Positions 24,626 through 38,223 are shown, counted from the first letter of the stretch. The stretch is 64,000 nt of DNA from Octopus bimaculoides (GCF_001194135.2 NC_068995.1:44778341-44842340); one strand, 5' to 3'. Notes: generated by a model from the sequence alone, not told the origin. Translations and numbers: made by a program.

Positions 24626-27061
24626 GGTTAGAACACTTTAGTTGATAGGAACTTTCAAAACCTAATTTACCTTAAAAGTCAGCCAGGAAAGTAGTCGTGT
24701 TTTAGTAGTCAGGGTTGAAAAGTTATTCTGTTGAGATTTGTTTGTATTTTTGCAAAATCTGAAATAAACTGGATTGTCAAGGACTTGGTCTGTAAAATTT
24801 CTCTTTTGGCCCCTTTAAATCTGGGATACCTCAGTTGTGTCAGTTGTGTGTGTAGAATTTTTCTATAGTTGGTTGTCCTCCCTGTTGTCAAACCTTTGCC
24901 AGTTTCCAAATCTCTTTCAAGCAGAAAGAGCTCAGGGGCCAGACAAGTTTTGTGTGTAAGATTATAAAAGGAATGACATGGCTTCTATGACAGTGGACAT
25001 TTACTTACAATCAACACAATGTCAAGAGAAAAGGACGCATTCCTCCCCATATTTGTGTGTATGTATGATGGATTCCTTTCAGTTTCTATTTACCGATTTC
25101 AGTTACAAAGCCTTGGTTGGCCTGGGCCATGATAGAAAACACTTGTCTAATATTCTACGTAGTGGGACCAAATTCAAAGCCACAAACTTGCACTCCTACC
25201 TGCATGTGCATTATATATGTACATGTGTATGTGTATTTGTGTGTGCTTGAGAATATCTGTGCATATTTTAAAAAAATCATTTGTTTGAAAGAACAAAAAT
25301 CCCCCGTTTTTACTACATTGAGTTTCATTCATTTTCTTCTATTCCATTTTTTGGAAAAATTACCAACTATCGGTTTGCTTGGATTACATTATTCTGTGTG
25401 TGTATGCGACACCATGCCGTATATACTATGTATGTATGCATGTATTTGTATGTATGTNNNNNNNNNNNNNNNNNNNNNNNNNNNNNNNNNNNNNNNNNNN
25501 NNNNNNNNNNNNNNNNNNNNNNNNNNNNNNNNNNNNNNNNNNNNNNNNNNNNNNNNNNNNNNNNNNNNNNNNNNNNNNNNNNNNNNNNNNNNNNNNNNNN
25601 NNNNNNNNNNNNNNNNNNNNNNNNNNNNNNNNNNNNNNNNNNNNNNNNNNNNNNNNNNNNNNNNNNNNNNNNNNNNNNNNNNNNNNNNNNNNNNNNNNNN
25701 NNNNNNNNNNNNNNNNNNNNNNNNNNNNNNNNNNNNNNNNNNNNNNNNNNNNNNNNNNNNNNNNNNNNNNNNNNNNNNNNNNNNNNNNNNNNNNNNNNNN
25801 NNNNNNNNNNNNNNNNNNNNNNNNNNNNNNNNNNNNNNNNNNNNNNNNNNNNNNNNNNNNNNNNNNNNNNNNNNNNNNNNNNNNNNNNNNNNNNNNNNNN
25901 NNNNNNNNNNNNNNNNNNNNNNNNNNNNNNNNNNNNNNNNNNNNNNNNNNNNNNNNNNNNNNNNNNNNNNNNNNNNNNNNNNNNNNNNNNNNNNNNNNNN
26001 NNNNNNNNNNNNNNNNNNNNNNNNNNNNNNNNNNNNNNNNNNNNNNNNNNNNNNNNNNNNNNNNNNNNNNNNNNNNNNNNNNNNNNNNNNNNNNNNNNNN
26101 NNNNNNNNNNNNNNNNNNNNNNNNNNNNNNNNNNNNNNNNNNNNNNNNNNNNNNNNNNNNNNNNNNNNNNNNNNNNNNNNNNNNNNNNNNNNNNNNNNNN
26201 NNNNNNNNNTTAGAATTATAGAGATGGATAATATTTCTGTCTATTGTGGTAGATACAAAGCCTGAAATTTGGGAGCCAGGGACTAGTTGATTACATGGAC
26301 CCCTAGTGTTCAACTGGTACTTATTAAAGGATGAAAGGCAAGGTTGATCGTAGCAGAATTTGAACTTAGTACATAAAGACAGAAGAAACACCATTAAGCA
26401 TGATTTCCATACTGGGATGTTTACTGGTATACCCATACATACCTGTTGCATTTGCTGGTGGAGATCTTTCTTTGTAAATGGCTGAAATCCTGTTCAGGTT
26501 ATTGACAGGAAAACACTGTCTCAAATACATCTCTGTCCAGCCCATTCTAGCATGGAAAACCAGATGTTAATTGAATGTGTGTGTGTGTATTGTTAGCCTC
26601 TGTCTGTGACAATGTCATAGATTGATGTAGGTCAGTTTTGTTGACCCGCTTATATTACTGGTAATTTAGTTCATTTGTCAACACAATAACCCGGTTGCTC
26701 TTGGAATAGTAGAAAAACAGGTGAAGGTTGGGGGCAGGAAGAGCATCTAGCTGTAAAATCCCGCTTCAGATATATCTCTGTCCAACCCATGCAAGCATGG
26801 AAAAACTGATACTGAACGTGTGTGTGTGTGTATATACACATATACATACACACTTACACACATGTCTACATCCACATAATGCACCACATAAACGCACACA
26901 CACATACACACACAAGTGGTGTTAAAAAGCTATTTCACTTTACACATTGTTCTCCCCACTCCCTGTATATACTCCTACACACACACACACACACCCATAC
27001 ATATGTGCATACACTGTGCATTGTTTAAAGATGCATGTGTGTTTAAAAATGTGTGTGTATG

Positions 27062-27102
<41 letters not shown>

Positions 27103-28627
27103 CACACACACATATACACAAACACATATATACATGTGTTTGTGTGGCTGTATGTATGTAGGTATANNNNNNNNNNNNNNNNNNNNNNNNNNNNNNNNNN
27201 NNNNNNNNNNNNNNNNNNNNNNNNNNNNNNNNNNNNNNNNNNNNNNNNNNNNNNNNNNNNNNNNNNNNNNNNNNNNNNNNNNNNNNNNNNNNNNNNNNNN
27301 NNNNNNNNNNNNNNNNNNNNNNNNNNNNNNNNNNNNNNNNNNNNNNNNNNNNNNNNNNNNNNNNNNNNNNNNNNNNNNNNNNNNNNNNNNNNNNNNNNNN
27401 NNNNNNNNNNNNNNNNNNNNNNNNNNNNNNNNNNNNNNNNNNNNNNNNNNNNNNNNNNNNNNNNNNNNNNNNNNNNNNNNNNNNNNNNNNNNNNNNNNNN
27501 NNNNNNNNNNNNNNNNNNNNNNNNNNNNNNNNNNNNNNNNNNNNNNNNNNNNNNNNNNNNNNNNNNNNNNNNNNNNNNNNNNNNNNNNNNNNNNNNNNNN
27601 NNNNNNNNNNNNNNNNNNNNNNNNNNNNNNNNNNNNNNNNNNNNNNNNNNNNNNNNNNNNNNNNNNNNNNNNNNNNNNNNNNNNNNNNNNNNNNNNNNNN
27701 NNNNNNNNNNNNNNNNNNNNNNNNNNNNNNNNNNNNNNNNNNNNNNNNNNNNNNNNNNNNNNNNNNNNNNNNNNNNNNNTTTCTTTTTCTACATTGTTAC
27801 TACACAATCTCTAATCTCTCTATCTTCATCTCTCTCTCTCATTTTGTCTCAAAAGAAGGAATAATGTCACTTTGGAAAGGTTATTTACAGATTCTCCCCC
27901 CCCCCCTTTTTTATTCTTCATTCTACCATTATCTTCCCCCTTCTCCTTATCACTCTTTTATTCCTCCTCCCCCCTGTAATCCTCTCCTCTTTCTGCTGTC
28001 TCTCCTAAATGCTTCACTCAACATCATTTCTTTATCACTTTTCCCATAAAAAGATGTCTATGGTGACACCATAAAACAACAAGTTTACATCCTGGAGAGA
28101 GAGAGGGGAGGAGGAAAGGGCAGACAGAGAGTGGAGAAAGGGAGGAAAGAGAGAAAGATTTTCTAAGAAAATTCTGTCTCATTCTGAAGACAAACCTGTA
28201 AACTGAGAGGATGGTGATGATGGGGGCACATGTTTTTGCGATACAGAAATCTGATGGTGTAGGTCAATTAAAAGAAGCCCCAGTGTACTACTGGTACTCA
28301 GGCTTATTGATTGTGGAGATCAATAGACCCAAGGATGCACTAAGTAAACAAACCTGTCTGTGTAACATCATCTTAGAATCACCATTAATGGACATTTCTC
28401 TTTTACTTGTTTCGATCATTTTCGATTGCAGTCATGCTGGGGCAACACCTTGAAGGGTTTAGTTGGGCAGTTCTCAGCTAGTGTTCATGTGACTTTTGGG
28501 GGGGCCCATATAAGGTTTTGTTAAAGTTTATGGGCAATAAATTGGCTTATACTTCTGCAATACACAATATAATGTTAAGCTTACTTTTGTTTTTTGTTTT
28601 TTTTACACAATTCTTAATATTTAATTA

Positions 28628-28860
28628 GGTGCAGGAGTGGCTGTGTGGTAAGTACCTTGCTTACCAACCACATGGTTCCGGGTTCATTCCCACTGCGTGG
28701 CACCTTGGGCAAGTGTCTTTTACTATAGCCTCAGGCCGACCAAAGCCTTGTGAGTGGATTTGGTAGATGGCAACTGAAAGAAGCCCATCGTATATATGTA
28801 TGTGTGTGTATATGTTTGTGTGTCTGTGTTTGTCCCCCCAGCATCGCTTGACAACCAATG
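28628..28860 (+). mobile_element. SINE family A, 5' portion, truncated at a Penelope-like fragment
   Basis: GGTGCAGGAGTGGCTGTGTGGTAAG...GGGTTCATTCCC head; the body breaks off after GCTTGACAACCAATG. Confidence 0.88.
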
Positions 28861-28861
28861 G

Positions 28862-28996
28862 TGAGGACTCTTGCGCCAGAAACAAAAACCCTAAATTCCT
28901 TATATTCCCTTTCTATCAATGTAAAGACAGAATCTCCACACAAGAAAGAATCAACAAGGAGAATCTTTTCATAGAGAAATTCCAACCATTTCTTAA
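28862..28996 (+). mobile_element. Penelope-like element GIY-YIG endonuclease C-terminal fragment
   Basis: CARNKNPKFLIFPFYQCKDRISTQERINKENLFIEKFQPFL running into a gap; resembles the PLE ending C...F.I.PF.....R..KE..FI..F.P.LN. Confidence 0.75.
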
Positions 28997-29622
28997 NNNN
29001 NNNNNNNNNNNNNNNNNNNNNNNNNNNNNNNNNNNNNNNNNNNNNNNNNNNNNNNNNNNNNNNNNNNNNNNNNNNNNNNNNNNNNNNNNNNNNNNNNNNN
29101 NNNNNNNNNNNNNNNNNNNNNNNNNNNNNNNNNNNNNNNNNNNNNNNNNNNNNNNNNNNNNNNNNNNNNNNNNNNNNNNNNNNNNNNNNNNNNNNNNNNN
29201 NNNNNNNNNNNNNNNNNNNNNNNNNNNNNNNNNNNNNNNNNNNNNNNNNNNNNNNNNNNNNNNNNNNNNNNNNNNNNNNNNNNNNNNNNNNNNNNNNNNN
29301 NNNNNNNNNNNNNNNNNNNNNNNNNNNNNNNNNNNNNNNNNNNNNNNNNNNNNNNNNNNNNNNNNNNNNNNNNNNNNNNNNNNNNNNNNNNNNNNNNNNN
29401 NNNNNNNNNNNNNNNNNNNNNNNNNNNNNNNNNNNNNNNNNNNNNNNNNNNNNNNNNNNNNNNNNNNNNNNNNNNNNNNNNNNNNNNNNNNNNNNNNNNN
29501 NNNNNNNNNNNNNNNNNNNNNNNNNNNNNNNNNNNNNNNNNNNNNNNNNNNNNNNNNNNNNNNNNNNNNNNNNNNNNNNNNNNNNNNNNNNNNNNNNNNN
29601 NNNNNNNNNNNNNNNNNNNNNN

Positions 29623-29655
<33 letters not shown>

Positions 29656-31198
29656 GAATTTAGATAGATATAAAAGTGGGGTTTAAAATTTACTACAACT
29701 GTTTTGGTAGCATTTTATTGATGCATTCATAGATTACAACTTTAGCGTAAATCTACTGTCCTCAGGTAAAATTTGAAACACATAAATAAGCAAGGTAAAT
29801 CTAGCAGATTACTTATTCAGTAACTAACATGACGAATAGCCAGCTAGATAGATATCCATGTTCTTATAATCTCCACCAGTATTTTATATTGATCTGCCTT
29901 CTTGCATTATATCCATGTCTATCATCTTACATTTATCATTGTTATATATTTTGTCTACCTTCGTTTAATCCCCATTAAGATTATCAATTGGGTCTCTCTA
30001 CACTGAGGAATATTATCCGTCTTGTTTCTTACAGTCTCCACCACCACTACCATCATTGTGTTTATATCTTATTCCTCCCATCCTCATCTCTGTAACAGTA
30101 ACAGAACCACTCGTAAATTCCAAATATATTATCTTTCTGTTTATTTTCCCCCAACAATCTCCTTGTTTGTTTCACCTGATGACCAGTCTTAAATAACTTT
30201 AGATCACCACAAATATTTCATCTTGTTGCTTCAGAAAGAAAGATTGAAAGAAAGAAAAAAAAAAAAAAGAATGAGGAAGAGTTTGTATGTGAGGGAGGGA
30301 GATGGAGGATTGACTGAGAGAAAAAGAGCTTGTGTGTGTTGGAGAGGGAGAAACAAAAATGGTGTGTGTGAGGAGGAAAGGGAGAGAGAGAGTACAGAGG
30401 GGGGGATAAGAGAATGAGTTGAGAGAAGCTCTCACTTTCACTGGAACAGTCACCTAACCTTCCCCTCCNNNNNNNNNNNNNNNNNNNNNNNNNNNNNNNN
30501 NNNNNNNNNNNNNNNNNNNNNNNNNNNNNNNNNNNNNNNNNNNNNNNNNNNNNNNNNNNNNNNNNNNNNNNNNNNNNNNNNNNNNNNNNNNNNNNNNNNN
30601 NNNNNNNNNNNNNNNNNNNNNNNNNNNNNNNNNNNNNNNNNNNNNNNNNNNNNNNNNNNNNNNNNNNNNNNNNNNNNNNNNNNNNNNNNNNNNNNNNNNN
30701 NNNNNNNNNNNNNNNNNNNNNNNNNNNNNNNNNNNNNNNNNNNNNNNNNNNNNNNNNNNNNNNNNNNNNNNNNNNNNNNNNNNNNNNNNNNNNNNNNNNN
30801 NNNNNNNNNNNNNNNNNNNNNNNNNNNNNNNNNNNNNNNNNNNNNNNNNNNNNNNNNNNNNNNNNNNNNNNNNNNNNNNNNNNNNNNNNNNNNNNNNNNN
30901 NNNNNNNNNNNNNNNNNNNNNNNNNNNNNNNNNNNNNNNNNNNNNNNNNNNNNNNNNNNNNNNNNNNNNNNNNNNNNNNNNNNNNNNNNNNNNNNNNNNN
31001 NNNNNNNNNNNNNNNNNNNNNNNNNNNNNNNNNNNNNNNNNNNNNNNNNNNNNNNNNNNNNNNNNACACACACACACACCAAATATGACTCACATACCAG
31101 ATGTAACTTAAATATACATCAGATGTGATTAACACACTGGATATGACTCATGTAGACACATATATCAGATGTGACTTGCATACACATGAAGCTGGTGT

Positions 31199-31239
<41 letters not shown>

Positions 31240-31374
31240 CTGCTATAAATCTTTCACTTACACTAGCTGTGACTCTCTTACATTTAGCTACTGTGACTCT
31301 CACATTCCTTCAATGTGACTCTCAACACTTTCCTCGCTGTGACTTGAAATGACAGGCTAAACGTTTTCACTCAC

Positions 31375-31491
31375 CTCTGCTTGAGATTATTGGTTTCTTA
31401 CAGAAGTGAGGGAAGAAAGAGCGAGATTGTGAGGTCTCATGCCTTTCTCTCAAGAGCTTTATTGACAAGAATAAAAGTGAAATTGTTTCAT
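31375..31491 (-). CDS. Candidate 117-nt symmetric (phase 1-1) internal exon, unknown product
   Basis: Acceptor tttgtttcacttcctag, donor GAG|gtgagt, one open frame ETISLLFLSIKLLRERHETSQSRSFFPHFCKKPIISSR; no homology recognised. Confidence 0.3.
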
Positions 31492-32752
31492 CTAGGAAGT
31501 GAAACAAAGCTGTGAACTTGGTTCACCAGACTCAGCTGTGGATGGATGCACAGCTGATAGTGAGACATGGTCTAGATACTATAGAATAGGTTATGAACTT
31601 GATGTACTAAAGTTGATTAGACCATCAAAGGTATGAGTTCAATCCCACTCTCTAACCACAAGTCAGCACTGAGCCAGCAAGCCTGTGACTAGATGCTGCA
31701 ACAATGACCATCCCATCTATTTTCCAGGCACAGTGTATCTAATACGTACTACATTACATAATTTTCCGTTCCTGTTTTAAGACACTTGGGTATGGTTTGA
31801 GGAACATTTGGCTGTTATTTCTAGCAGGGCAAATGTCTGCATAGAGCAGGGAAAGACTAACTTTTTTTCTGAGACCCACTTTTAATTTTTTAATATTTGC
31901 CCAATGGCTCACATGCAGATTACAATGAAACCAAACCCACTGAATAATACCTTAGGCAAGTGTTTTTTTTTTATCTTCTGGCATATCAAAGCCTTTTGAG
32001 TACATCTAGTAGATGGAAGCCGAAAGAAGCTTGTCAAGTATGTGTGTGTGTGTGTGTACACAACACCTTGGGGCAAGCCATGAGGCTCACTGAAAGACAT
32101 CTGCTCTTATCCTAACAAGCAGTGTTCTTTGCCTGACCTGCAACTTTATCTGTGCATCTGACTTTGGCGCAGGAAGTTACAGAGATTTCAAAGATGTGAT
32201 TGTTTATTTTTAGAATGACATTGTAGGATAGGTGTGCGATGCTGGGTTTGGCCAGTTTGAAGTAGAATATTTGGGCCAGATATGGCCAGTTTAAATGCTA
32301 AAGGATTAACTGTAAAAGGGTTAAATTTGAAAACTTTTTAGAAAATATCCCTCACTCACAGAGAACCCCTTGTTGGCACCAAACCCCAAGAATAGAAGTT
32401 GCTTCATTGGTCCATTTAAATCTTACACAGTATTACAGTTGATTTAGTTATTTTTTCAATAAGCCAGATAGCAGTAATACACTAATGGGGGAAGGCTCAT
32501 TCAGTTCTCATTGTTTTCTTCATAGTTGTTGTCTTAATCCAAATAATTCTTAATTAAATATAGTGTATTTACGAGATGAGACAGATGTGTGTATTCTTGC
32601 GTGTGTGCGGATGTGTGTGTGTGTTCTAGTAAGCGTGTGTGTCTATCTGTTTGGTAAATGAAATAAAATACGCAGTATTTTCATAAGAAAGAGATATTTT
32701 CAAATATATCTCATTAAAACAAAGACCTAATTAAGAATCTATATATAATTAC

Positions 32753-32790
32753 CAATGGACTTCATATTAGATGTTTCAATCAAAGAAATT
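32753..32790 (-). other. Candidate 38-nt exon
   Basis: Acceptor gctttttcctttcttcaacag, donor TTG|gtaatt; the only open frame (ISLIETSNMKSI) exits in phase 1. Confidence 0.25.
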
Positions 32791-32834
32791 CTGTTGAAGA
32801 AAGGAAAAAGCTTTTAAAGTTTGTCTGGAGGGGA

Positions 32835-32903
<69 letters not shown>

Positions 32904-33053
32904 GAGTTCCTACTTCCCACTCTCCTCCCACCCAGCTCCATCATTAGTAACATAACAAACAACCAGTTAATTAACAGCTATCCAAACATAGCTATGATAT
33001 ACTGTTAGGCTTTTTTTTGTTGTTTCTATATTAAAGACGCACACATATAACCT

Positions 33054-33087
<34 letters not shown>

Positions 33088-33172
33088 ATTTACATAACAA
33101 CATATATCTACATACTACAAATTCTTCACTTATTTACACACATATATACACTCTCCACACTCTCTCTATATA

Positions 33173-33214
<42 letters not shown>

Positions 33215-33410
33215 CACATACACACACACATATATATACATACTCTTACACACACACACTCACTCTCTCTCTCCCTCTCTTGCGCGTGCGCACATACACA
33301 CTCTCACACACACTATCTTTCACTTTAAATCTTTAATGGAATAGATGTTAGTACCAACCACACCCTCCTCTTTTCTCATACATATTGTTTACAGACTAAT
33401 CATAGCAGGG

Positions 33411-33442
<32 letters not shown>

Positions 33443-34402
33443 GGTGATGATGGTGGTGGTGGTGGTGGTGGTGATAATAATTATAGTAGCAGTTGCGGTG
33501 ATATTAGTGATGGCGGTGGTGGTAATAGTTGTCACAATGGTAGTGATGATACTTACAGTAGTTTGTGGTGGTGGTGGTGGTGTTAATGGCTAATTCATGA
33601 TGTTGGATAACTGATCAACATGAAAGTGTCTATATGTATGCACATCTGCCCGTCGTGTGTGTGTGTGTCTTTGCATGACTACGTCTCTGGGTATATATGT
33701 CTGTCTGTATGCCTGTCTGTCTTTCTGAGAATAATATGAAATAGTTTCAGTATACAGAGACAACAGCTAAATATATATTCTTCTCCATAAAAAAAGTACT
33801 AGCTGTGGTAGTAGTAGTAGTAGTAGATGACTAGTAATATTGTATAAAGACTGACTGTAGTAGGTGCTTAACTACTAGTATATAACTAAAATTTACTGTA
33901 AAGTACTTAGTAGTACTTTGCAGTTAATAGTACTTTATGAAATCCGACTGTCGTAGTGATAGTAGCACTTGACTGGTAATGTTATCAAAACAGCTTCATC
34001 AAAGTTTCTAGATTGGAGCCTGGTGCAGCCTACTGAGATGCACCTCACAATGTCACACCAGGAATCCCAGCCATTAGCTTTGGTAGATCCTCAGTATCAT
34101 ATTCTCTGTCTCTGTCAATAATTGAGTAGTCAGGTGGTCTTTGTCCTGTTTTAGGATGCAAAAGTCTCCGGAAATATAACATCTGACATGGCTTGGTGTT
34201 TAAGCACAGTAGCAATGGCTAACAAAGCCTCCTACCTCTTTGCATTGAGCAATAATGGTAAAGATGGGTAGACTATGTCCATAAATCTTCTCTTTGGTCT
34301 TGTAATCGTGCTGTAAGATATTCAGGGCCCTCATGTGGAGTTTGGGGTAATGGTACTTAATACTGCTATATTGAATACTTCTGTGTTGCCATTCCTCTAC
34401 AC

Positions 34403-34657
34403 CAGTGTTTCTCAACCTTTTTACTCTTGCATAACCCTTAAAATAAATTACATATCTCAAAGAATCCCTGCACAAAAAAAAAAAAAATTATATACCATAT
34501 CTTTCTCATATTTTTTTCATCATAGTTCATGTGGTAAATATCATATATATTACAATCATGAAATTAGCATTAGCTTATCTCATTCTTTCTCGTGGGACTC
34601 CTAGGAACCTTTTGCAGAACCCTAGAGTTCCGGGGGAACCCCTGTTGAGAAACACTG
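34403..34657. mobile_element. hAT (Charlie-type) MITE
   Basis: Perfect 14-bp TIRs CAGTGTTTCTCAAC / GTTGAGAAACACTG and a perfect 8-bp TSD CTCTACAC. Confidence 0.93.
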
Positions 34658-35041
34658 CTCTACACCCTAATCTGCTGCATTCCCTTCTTTCCCCCTTCCC
34701 CTCACACTTCCAAATTTGCTCCTTATAACGTTGAATAGCCCTTAAACTTTTTGCCCCTCTCTTATGTAACTCACCCTATGGAAGACAGATGCATGATGAT
34801 GATGGTGATTCTTAGGTTCAACGTACTCTGAAGAGACTATCTATGCAAAAGCAGAACTAATGTCATTGAAGTTCAATATTTTCTAATTAAGCTGCTCTAA
34901 TACATATTGATTAGTTTTCATTAAAGGTATTCTGTTATGAAACAGGTGAAAACTTGAAATATTTTCCAGTAAAACTTTATCTTCCATATCACATCTTACT
35001 GTTGTAGTAGTATATTAGTGTAATGTGGGTGTTAGTGGTGA

Positions 35042-35372
35042 AGGTGCATGGCTCAGTGGTTAGAGCATTGGGGTCACAGTCATGAGGTAGTGATTTCGAT
35101 TCCCAGACTGGGCTGTGTTCTGTGTTCTTGAGCAAGACACTTTATTTCCTGTTGCTTCAGTTCACTCAGCTGTAGAAATGAGTTGCGATGTCGCTGGTGC
35201 CAAGCTGTATCGGCCTCTGCCTTTCCCTTGGATAACATCAGTGGCATGGAGAGGGGAGGCTGGTATGCATGGTCAACTGCTGGTCTTGCATAAACAACCT
35301 TGCCTGGACTTGTGCCTTGGAAGGGAACTTTCTAGGTGCAGTCCCATGGTCATTTATGCCCGAAGAGGGTTG
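35042..35372 (+). mobile_element. tRNA-derived SINE family E with CORE/Meta-like central domain
   Basis: A box TGGCTCAGTGGTTAGAGC, B box GATTTCGATTCC, central TTGAGCAAGACACTTTATTTC...CACTCAGCTGTAGAAATGAG. The tail also occurs reversed at 55283-55385. Confidence 0.82.
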
Positions 35373-35479
35373 TCTACTTCTTAGTCAAACATGACCATCG
35401 CTGTCAGGTGTGTCAGTAATTCCCATGCAAGAGTTTTAAGTCAAGTGTGACTTTCACAACACCACAATGATTCTCACTA

Positions 35480-35610
35480 ACAATACCACTGGACCCAGAG
35501 ACAAGCAAGGTGCAAGATATCCAGCTCAGTGGAGCAGCAGGTTTTAAATACAAGTTAGGCCTTCTCCTAGAACAATGCCTTAACAAAGACCAGAGGTTCC
35601 TCATGCCAAG
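35480..35610 (+). mobile_element. Possible CR1/Jockey-group LINE 3' remnant
   Basis: KVQDIQLSGAAGFKYKLGLLLEQ resembles the FK..LD..L C-terminal motif; weak. Confidence 0.35.
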
Positions 35611-35710
35611 TGGGCTTACTATAATCTCAGACATCAACCCAAGTATTTCTATGTTACAGGTAGTGATGTATTTAAGGAAGAACATATAATGCTCTATGTT
35701 GTATATAGTA

Positions 35711-36120
35711 TACATACATACATACATACATACACATACGTGGCACTCTGTTGGTTACAACGATGAAGGTTCCGGTTGATTCGATCAATGGAACATCCTG
35801 CTCGTGAAATTAACGTGCAAGTGGCTGAGCACTCCGCAGACTCTTGTTCCCTTAACGTAGTTCTCGGGGAGATTCACTGTGACACAGAGTGTGACAAGGC
35901 AGGCCCTTTGAAATACAGGCACAACAGAGACAGGAAGAAAGAGTGAGAGAAAGTTGTGGTGAAAGAGTACAGCAGGGTTCGCCACCATCCCCTGCCGGAG
36001 CCTCTTGGAGCTTTAGGTGTTTTCGCTCAATAAACGCTCACAACGCCCGGTCTGGGAATCGAAACCGCGATCCTATGACCGCGAGTCCGATACCCTAAAC
36101 ACTGGGCCATTGTGCCTCCA
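35711..36120 (-). mobile_element. Young tRNA-derived SINE, family F (Arg-like head), (TATG)n tail
   Basis: Minus-strand head TGGAGGCACAATGGCCCAGTGTTTAGGGTATCGGACTCGCGGTCATAGGATCGCGGTTTCGATTCCC with CTCGCGG at the anticodon position; many CpGs intact. Confidence 0.82.
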
Positions 36121-36357
36121 CACATTCACATGATAGAGCTGTATGCTATAGCTCTTATAGTATACACTTCAGATTATATAGTGATATTTTGATTATATAT
36201 TACAGAATATATAATAGTATATTATGTTAGCCACAATATATACATGTGTATATATCTTGTATATAATTTAGGTTTTATTTAACCTCTGGTCTGTGCTGGT
36301 CCAAGATGGTTCAATCATTCCAGCCATAACCATTCCTTCTTTTATTCAGACAGTGTA

Positions 36358-36705
36358 TCATCATCGTCGTTTAACGTCCGCTTTCCATGCTAGCATGGGT
36401 TGGACGATTTTACTGAGGACTGGTGAAACCGGATGGTTACACCAGGCTCCAATCTGATTTGGCAGAGTTTCTACAGCTGGATGCCCTTCCTGACGCCAAC
36501 CACTCAGAGAGTGTAGAGGGTGCTTTNNNNNNNNNNCAGCTGGATGCCCTTCCTGACGCCAACCACTCAGAGAGTGTAGAGGGTGCTTTTACGTGCCACC
36601 GGCACGAAGGCCAGTCAGGCGGTACTGGCAACGGCCACGCTCAAAGAGCCAGTCCAGGGGCACTGGCAACGATCTCGCTCGAAAGTCCTTACACATGCCG
36701 CGGGC
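36358..36705 (-). mobile_element. SINE family C with RTE-type (CAT)n tail, young copy
   Basis: On the + strand CATCATCGTCGTTTAACGTCCGCTTTCCATGCTAGCATGGGTTGGAC...GGATGCCCTTCCTGACGCCAACC. Related copies lie near 8312, 18990, 26720, 47935, 48955, 50480, 52545, 56860, 58945, 59185, 61640 and 62240. Confidence 0.85.
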
Positions 36706-37049
36706 ACATCTAAGCATATATTATTTAACATGTTTTCCTTTTCTCCTTTTTGATAATTAAATATATATGTAATGTGCATATGGTGGCTTGAATAAGTGAA
36801 CAGGTGTATGTGTGTGTGTAGTTATGTATTGAATTAGTATTTTATTATTTCGTTGGAAAATGAAACTGTCGTGTAACTTGTACTTCTCTACAGGTAATGC
36901 TGACATATTTGCTGCTGCTGCTACCGCTATTGCTGCTACTGTTGTTGTTGTGTCTATATATACACACGTGTGTGTATATAGCTGCACACTTGCATCAGTT
37001 ATTGGCTTCCTGCCAAACTGCATTTTCAGGCTGTGTGCTGATGCAGCTA

Positions 37050-37113
<64 letters not shown>

Positions 37114-38223
37114 CTGCACATTTGCTCTGGTGTGCACCCAAAGTTTGCACGCCTCTGCCACCTCCTCCGTATGTCAATGACCTGAATGTAGTTTTGGTGG
37201 GAAGGGGAGGTGGGCGTCGACTCTACTGAACTGTCTAGAACATCAAGGACACACGCTCGGTTCTTCATTCATATCATTGTCGTTCCCTCACCTGCTCTCT
37301 CCACCCCCCAGCTCTCCCTCCTCTTTAGTTAATTAAATTAACGATAATGTTACATTCTTGTTAAACTGCACACTTTGTGGGCACCATTAAAGACTGTGAC
37401 AGCCCCTCCTCCTCTACATCATCATCACCATCTTCATGATCTGATTTTCTATGCAGGCATGAGTTGCATATGCAAGCACATGAACACACACACACACGCT
37501 AACACACACACATGCTAACACACACACACAATGGGATGCTGAAAAGTTCCTGGCTCTAAAGGTATCACGAAAGACCTAGTTGGGGCCTTCCGAGTTCTTT
37601 TACAGGGCTTAGAAAGACCGTGGACTGCTGAATTGTCTGAATCTGAAAGAGGAATATGTTGAATAAAATCATAATTAACTGATCCTCCGTATTTTCTTTC
37701 ACCCAAAGCCAGGAACTTTTCAGCAGCCCCTTGTATTTATGTATCATCATCATTGTCATCATCATTTTTACTTTGTGTGCGTTCCATGCTGGCATGAGTT
37801 GCACTGCTCATCACAATCTCTTTTCTTATAGGGAGCTGCTGTTCCTTAAGACTGGTGTTCCTACATGTCACTTAGCCTGGCCTCTGTGGCCGGATACTCT
37901 TCCTGTCAACAACCTTCCATATCTTGATAATTCTTACTTCTACACTTTTCTAATTAGCCATTGTGTTACTCTCTCTCACTTACACTTAAAAGCAGAATTG
38001 GTAGAGCATCAGACAGAACGTTTTGTGGTAATTTCTTCTGGCTCTTTATGTTCTGAGTTCAAAACCTGTTGAAGTGCACTTGGCCTTTTATTCCTCTGGG
38101 GTTGAGAAAAAAATAAAGTACCAGTGAAGAACTAAGGTCACTGGTGTTGATTGACTTCCTCCCCTCAAAACTGCTGGCATATTCATAAATTAGAAACCAC
38201 TCTCTCTCTCCCTCTCCCTCCCT

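Noticed and set aside
36475-36590. Direct repeat of about 50 bp around a 10-N gap (also 53364-53467)
   Set aside because: Typical unmerged contig overlap, an assembly artefact.
36860-37229. Signal-peptide-like ORFs (MLTYLLLLLPLLLL..., MKLSCNLYFSTG)
   Set aside because: The hydrophobic run derives from a (GCT)/(GTT) microsatellite, and the CAG|GTAATG site is ambiguous as donor or acceptor.
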